In this document: positions 60,295 through 64,000 of the stretch, one piece after another
Layout of the letters: each line of letters begins with the position of its first letter
Numbering within the stretch: position 1 is the first letter of the stretch
Assembly (NCBI GenBank): GCA_963786955.1
Contig: CAWBAT010000006.1
Coordinates: 832,001 to 896,000, forward strand
DNA from: an uncultured Acidimicrobiia bacterium
GTDB taxonomy: Bacteria > Acidobacteriota > Terriglobia > Versatilivoradales > Versatilivoraceae
Length of the DNA: 64,000 nucleotides
Direction of reading: 5' to 3'
Position numbers and translations under genes: made by a program
Notes under the pieces: model-generated
The model's input: the letters and a program-made list of their open reading frames with translations, nothing else
The model's database searches: none
What the model was told of the DNA's origin: nothing

Positions 60295-62265
60295 CTATAG
60301 CCTTTTGAATGCCTTTAAGATCTCTTTCTTCTCATAACGCAAAATAATGGGGCGACCATGCGGGCAGCTCATTGGAATCTGAGTCTTTTGCAATTCCTCG
60401 ATCAACCAGACCATCTTAGTTTGATCAAGATGCATATTGATTTTTATGGCGGCGTGGCAAGCGATCGAAGCCGCAATTTTTTCTCGGAGTTGCTTCAGAC
60501 TGACGGACTGGGTTTCTTTCTCCAAGGATTCGAGTAGTTCCGCAAGCAGACGCTCCACATCACTGTGTTTTAGGTCCGCGGGAGCTGATTTGATGGCAAT
60601 GGTTTTCCGTCCAAAGGGTTCTACCTCAAATCCACAAGCTTCCAACTCCGGCGTGATATCTTCCAGAATAACTTGCTGGCGGGGTGACAATTCGACGATG
60701 ATCGGAAGTAAGAGACGCTGGCTGTCCACCTTGCCCTGGTTTCTCTGGCTCAGGACTTTTTCAAAAAGAATGCGTTCATGTGCGACATGCTGATCAATGA
60801 TTAAGAGCGCGCCTTGATCCGAGGCGATGATGAAACTATTGTCGATTTGCCCCAACGGGATAATCCCCGACATGGGCTGAGGCCCGATGCTTGCGGGCAT
60901 CTGAGAAGCTCGAATAGGCGACGCAACAGAACACCCCTCAAATGAAACAAAGTCCGACGAAGGTACCGGAATCTCACCGGCTGGTTTGAAAGGAAGAGGT
61001 GACGTTGTCGGCGTCGGCGACAAAGGCGTCAGCGCGAATGGCTCTCGTGTCATCACGGTCTGCGCGACACTCGCGGATTCACTAAAGGGAGGATGTGAAG
61101 AAGCCGGCCATTCATCGGCCTGCGTCGGGGAAAGCGGTAAAGCTTCAATAGGAGGCCCATCAAAAGGGTTGTCCATACTCGCTCGATCCACAAATTGCTT
61201 GGATGCCGGGAAAGTGGCCTGCGGGCGAGCTTCGACGAGTGCCTTCCGGACGGCATCTCTTAAGAAATCATGAACCAATGTCTGACGCCGAAACCGAACT
61301 TCAATTTTGGAGGGATGAACGTTGACATCCACCTCCCCATAAGGCATTTCGATGAAAAGAAGGACTACCGGATAAATGCCGGAAGGCAGGATATTGCGAT
61401 AGGCCTCTGCGATTGCGTGCAGGATGATACGGTCTCTGACCATCCGCCGATTGACAAAGAAGTAAAGTGAATTTCGGTTGAGTTTCTGAACTTCAGGTTT
61501 CGAGACAAACCCGTGGACGCGAATCCATTCTCTCCGCTCCCTGGGTTCCTCTGATCCCTCTTCCTCCTGGTAAAAAATCGGCAGCTCGGCACGGACTTCA
61601 ACCAGCTGATTTAACAAGTCTCCTCCGAAGACCTGGAAGACCCGTTCTCGGAATAGCCCTACCGGCTGTAAATTGAAGATCTCATGCTCCCCGCTTCGCA
61701 ACATGAAACGGCCTTCAGGATGAGCCAGGGCATATTGAGTGACGAAATTAACAATATGTCCCAGTTCGGTACTTTCGGACTTCAGGAATTTCTTGCGCGC
61801 TGGAATATTAAAGAATAAATCACGAATGGTAATGGTTGTCCCTCGCGTTCGGGCGATTTTCCTGACTGCCGAGAGTTTGGCGCCATTAATTTCAACCGTC
61901 GTCCCCGTCTCTTCGGTCTCATGGCGGGTCTCGAGCAGGAGGCGGGAAACGCTGGCGATACTGGGTAGGGCCTCGCCCCGAAATCCTAAAGTAGCAATTT
62001 CACTGAGGTCGTCGGCTCGCTGCAGTTTACTGGTGGCATGCCTTTCGAAGGCCAGGAGGGCATCATCAGCAGTCATTCCTTCGCCATCGTCCATCACTCG
62101 GATGAGGCGGCGCCCGCCAGATTCTATTTCAATTTCGAGGGTCGCGGCACCCGCGTCTAGAGAATTCTCCAATAACTCTTTGACAACGGAAGCGGGCCTC
62201 TCGACAACTTCTCCTGCCGCAATCTTGTTGGCCAGCGCCTCGGGAAGAACACGGATTTTAGACAT
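60295..62265 (-). CDS. mutL: DNA mismatch repair endonuclease MutL
   Basis: IAAGEVVERPASVVKEL.ENS.DAGA, GFRGEAL, DQHVAHERILFE, ACH, CPHGRP. Confidence 0.97.
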   Translation of the reverse strand: MSKIRVLPEALANKIAAGEVVERPASVVKELLENSLDAGAATLEIEIESGGRRLIRVMDDGEGMTADDALLAFERHATSKLQRADDLSEIATLGFRGEALPSIASVSRLLLETRHETEETGTTVEINGAKLSAVRKIARTRGTTITIRDLFFNIPARKKFLKSESTELGHIVNFVTQYALAHPEGRFMLRSGEHEIFNLQPVGLFRERVFQVFGGDLLNQLVEVRAELPIFYQEEEGSEEPRERREWIRVHGFVSKPEVQKLNRNSLYFFVNRRMVRDRIILHAIAEAYRNILPSGIYPVVLLFIEMPYGEVDVNVHPSKIEVRFRRQTLVHDFLRDAVRKALVEARPQATFPASKQFVDRASMDNPFDGPPIEALPLSPTQADEWPASSHPPFSESASVAQTVMTREPFALTPLSPTPTTSPLPFKPAGEIPVPSSDFVSFEGCSVASPIRASQMPASIGPQPMSGIIPLGQIDNSFIIASDQGALLIIDQHVAHERILFEKVLSQRNQGKVDSQRLLLPIIVELSPRQQVILEDITPELEACGFEVEPFGRKTIAIKSAPADLKHSDVERLLAELLESLEKETQSVSLKQLREKIAASIACHAAIKINMHLDQTKMVWLIEELQKTQIPMSCPHGRPIILRYEKKEILKAFKRL

Positions 62266-62409
62266 GGCTCCATAATGCGTCAAAACAAGACGCAATCTCT
62301 CAACCTAACCACCAATGTTTGCCGGCATGGCATAACTCACCGTCTTTTTGAGGCTCCTGATTTCTTTTGTTTTTCATCGCCGATGCCTGCGTTCCATAGA
62401 ACACCCCCG

Positions 62410-62677
62410 TAAACAGGTCGCTCCTGACGGAGCTGCAATTCTTGAGAACATTCAGTTCTAGAGACAGGTCGCCGCAACGCGGCTTTACCGGGTTGTCATG
62501 CGGACCAAACTTCCTGTCCGTGGCCTTTCTCCTCATCGGCTTCAAAAAGCCGAGGAGTCAAAAATCAACTTTGCGTTACCGTCTCCCACCTTGAAACTTC
62601 ACGTTGGCTCCGTCAGGAGCCTCCTGTTTGTAGTTTCCAGCCACAATCGAATCTCAAGCTCCAGAGGAGCGGCCTGT
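62410..62677. repeat. GCTCC(GTC/AG)AGGAGC-type REP-like palindromes in inverted arrangement
   Basis: AAACAGGTCGCTCCTGACGGAGC (62411-62433) versus GCTCCGTCAGGAGCCTCCTGTTT (62607-62629); third unit at 62658-62677. Confidence 0.6.
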
Positions 62678-62751
62678 CCACGTTGGTATGGCTCTTCGCG
62701 GGTTTCTTAGGGGAAAAAATTCGATGAAGAATGGCGAAATCCACTTTTCTA

Positions 62752-64000
<1,249 letters not shown>

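Overview
A 64-kb bacterial chromosomal window, most likely Acidobacteriota. That call rests on a GWxTD protein, carboxypeptidase-regulatory-domain TonB-dependent receptors (TBDRs) and a zf-HC2/TonB-C anti-sigma factor. Housekeeping genes (glgC, rpsU, pta, pyrF, pyrD, mutL, partial aspS) are interleaved with envelope and transport loci: tesA-ybbAP, a GldAFG-like ABC system with DUF4340, an ECF sigma/anti-sigma pair and macA/macB-like genes. The most notable block is 20.2-37.6 kb. It holds a PDZ-domain sensor kinase with an NtrC-type activator, a GWxTD gene paired with a beta-barrel gene, a cytochrome c fusion and two tandem-duplicated ~1050-aa TBDRs. The kinase and both TBDR promoters share a readable sigma-54 architecture (-24/-12 box, IHF-like site and a 16-bp palindrome ATACRAWWWWTYGTAT), which points to a self-contained sigma-54 envelope regulon. 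Intergenic regions carry many REP-like palindromes, nested MITE-like elements that appear to insert into REPs, a decayed GxxExxY relic and a candidate structured RNA ahead of a lytic transglycosylase gene. Several genes carry short indels, clustered at 45.8-49.6 kb, which are most simply explained as assembly errors. All calls come from reading the sequence by eye; no searches were run.
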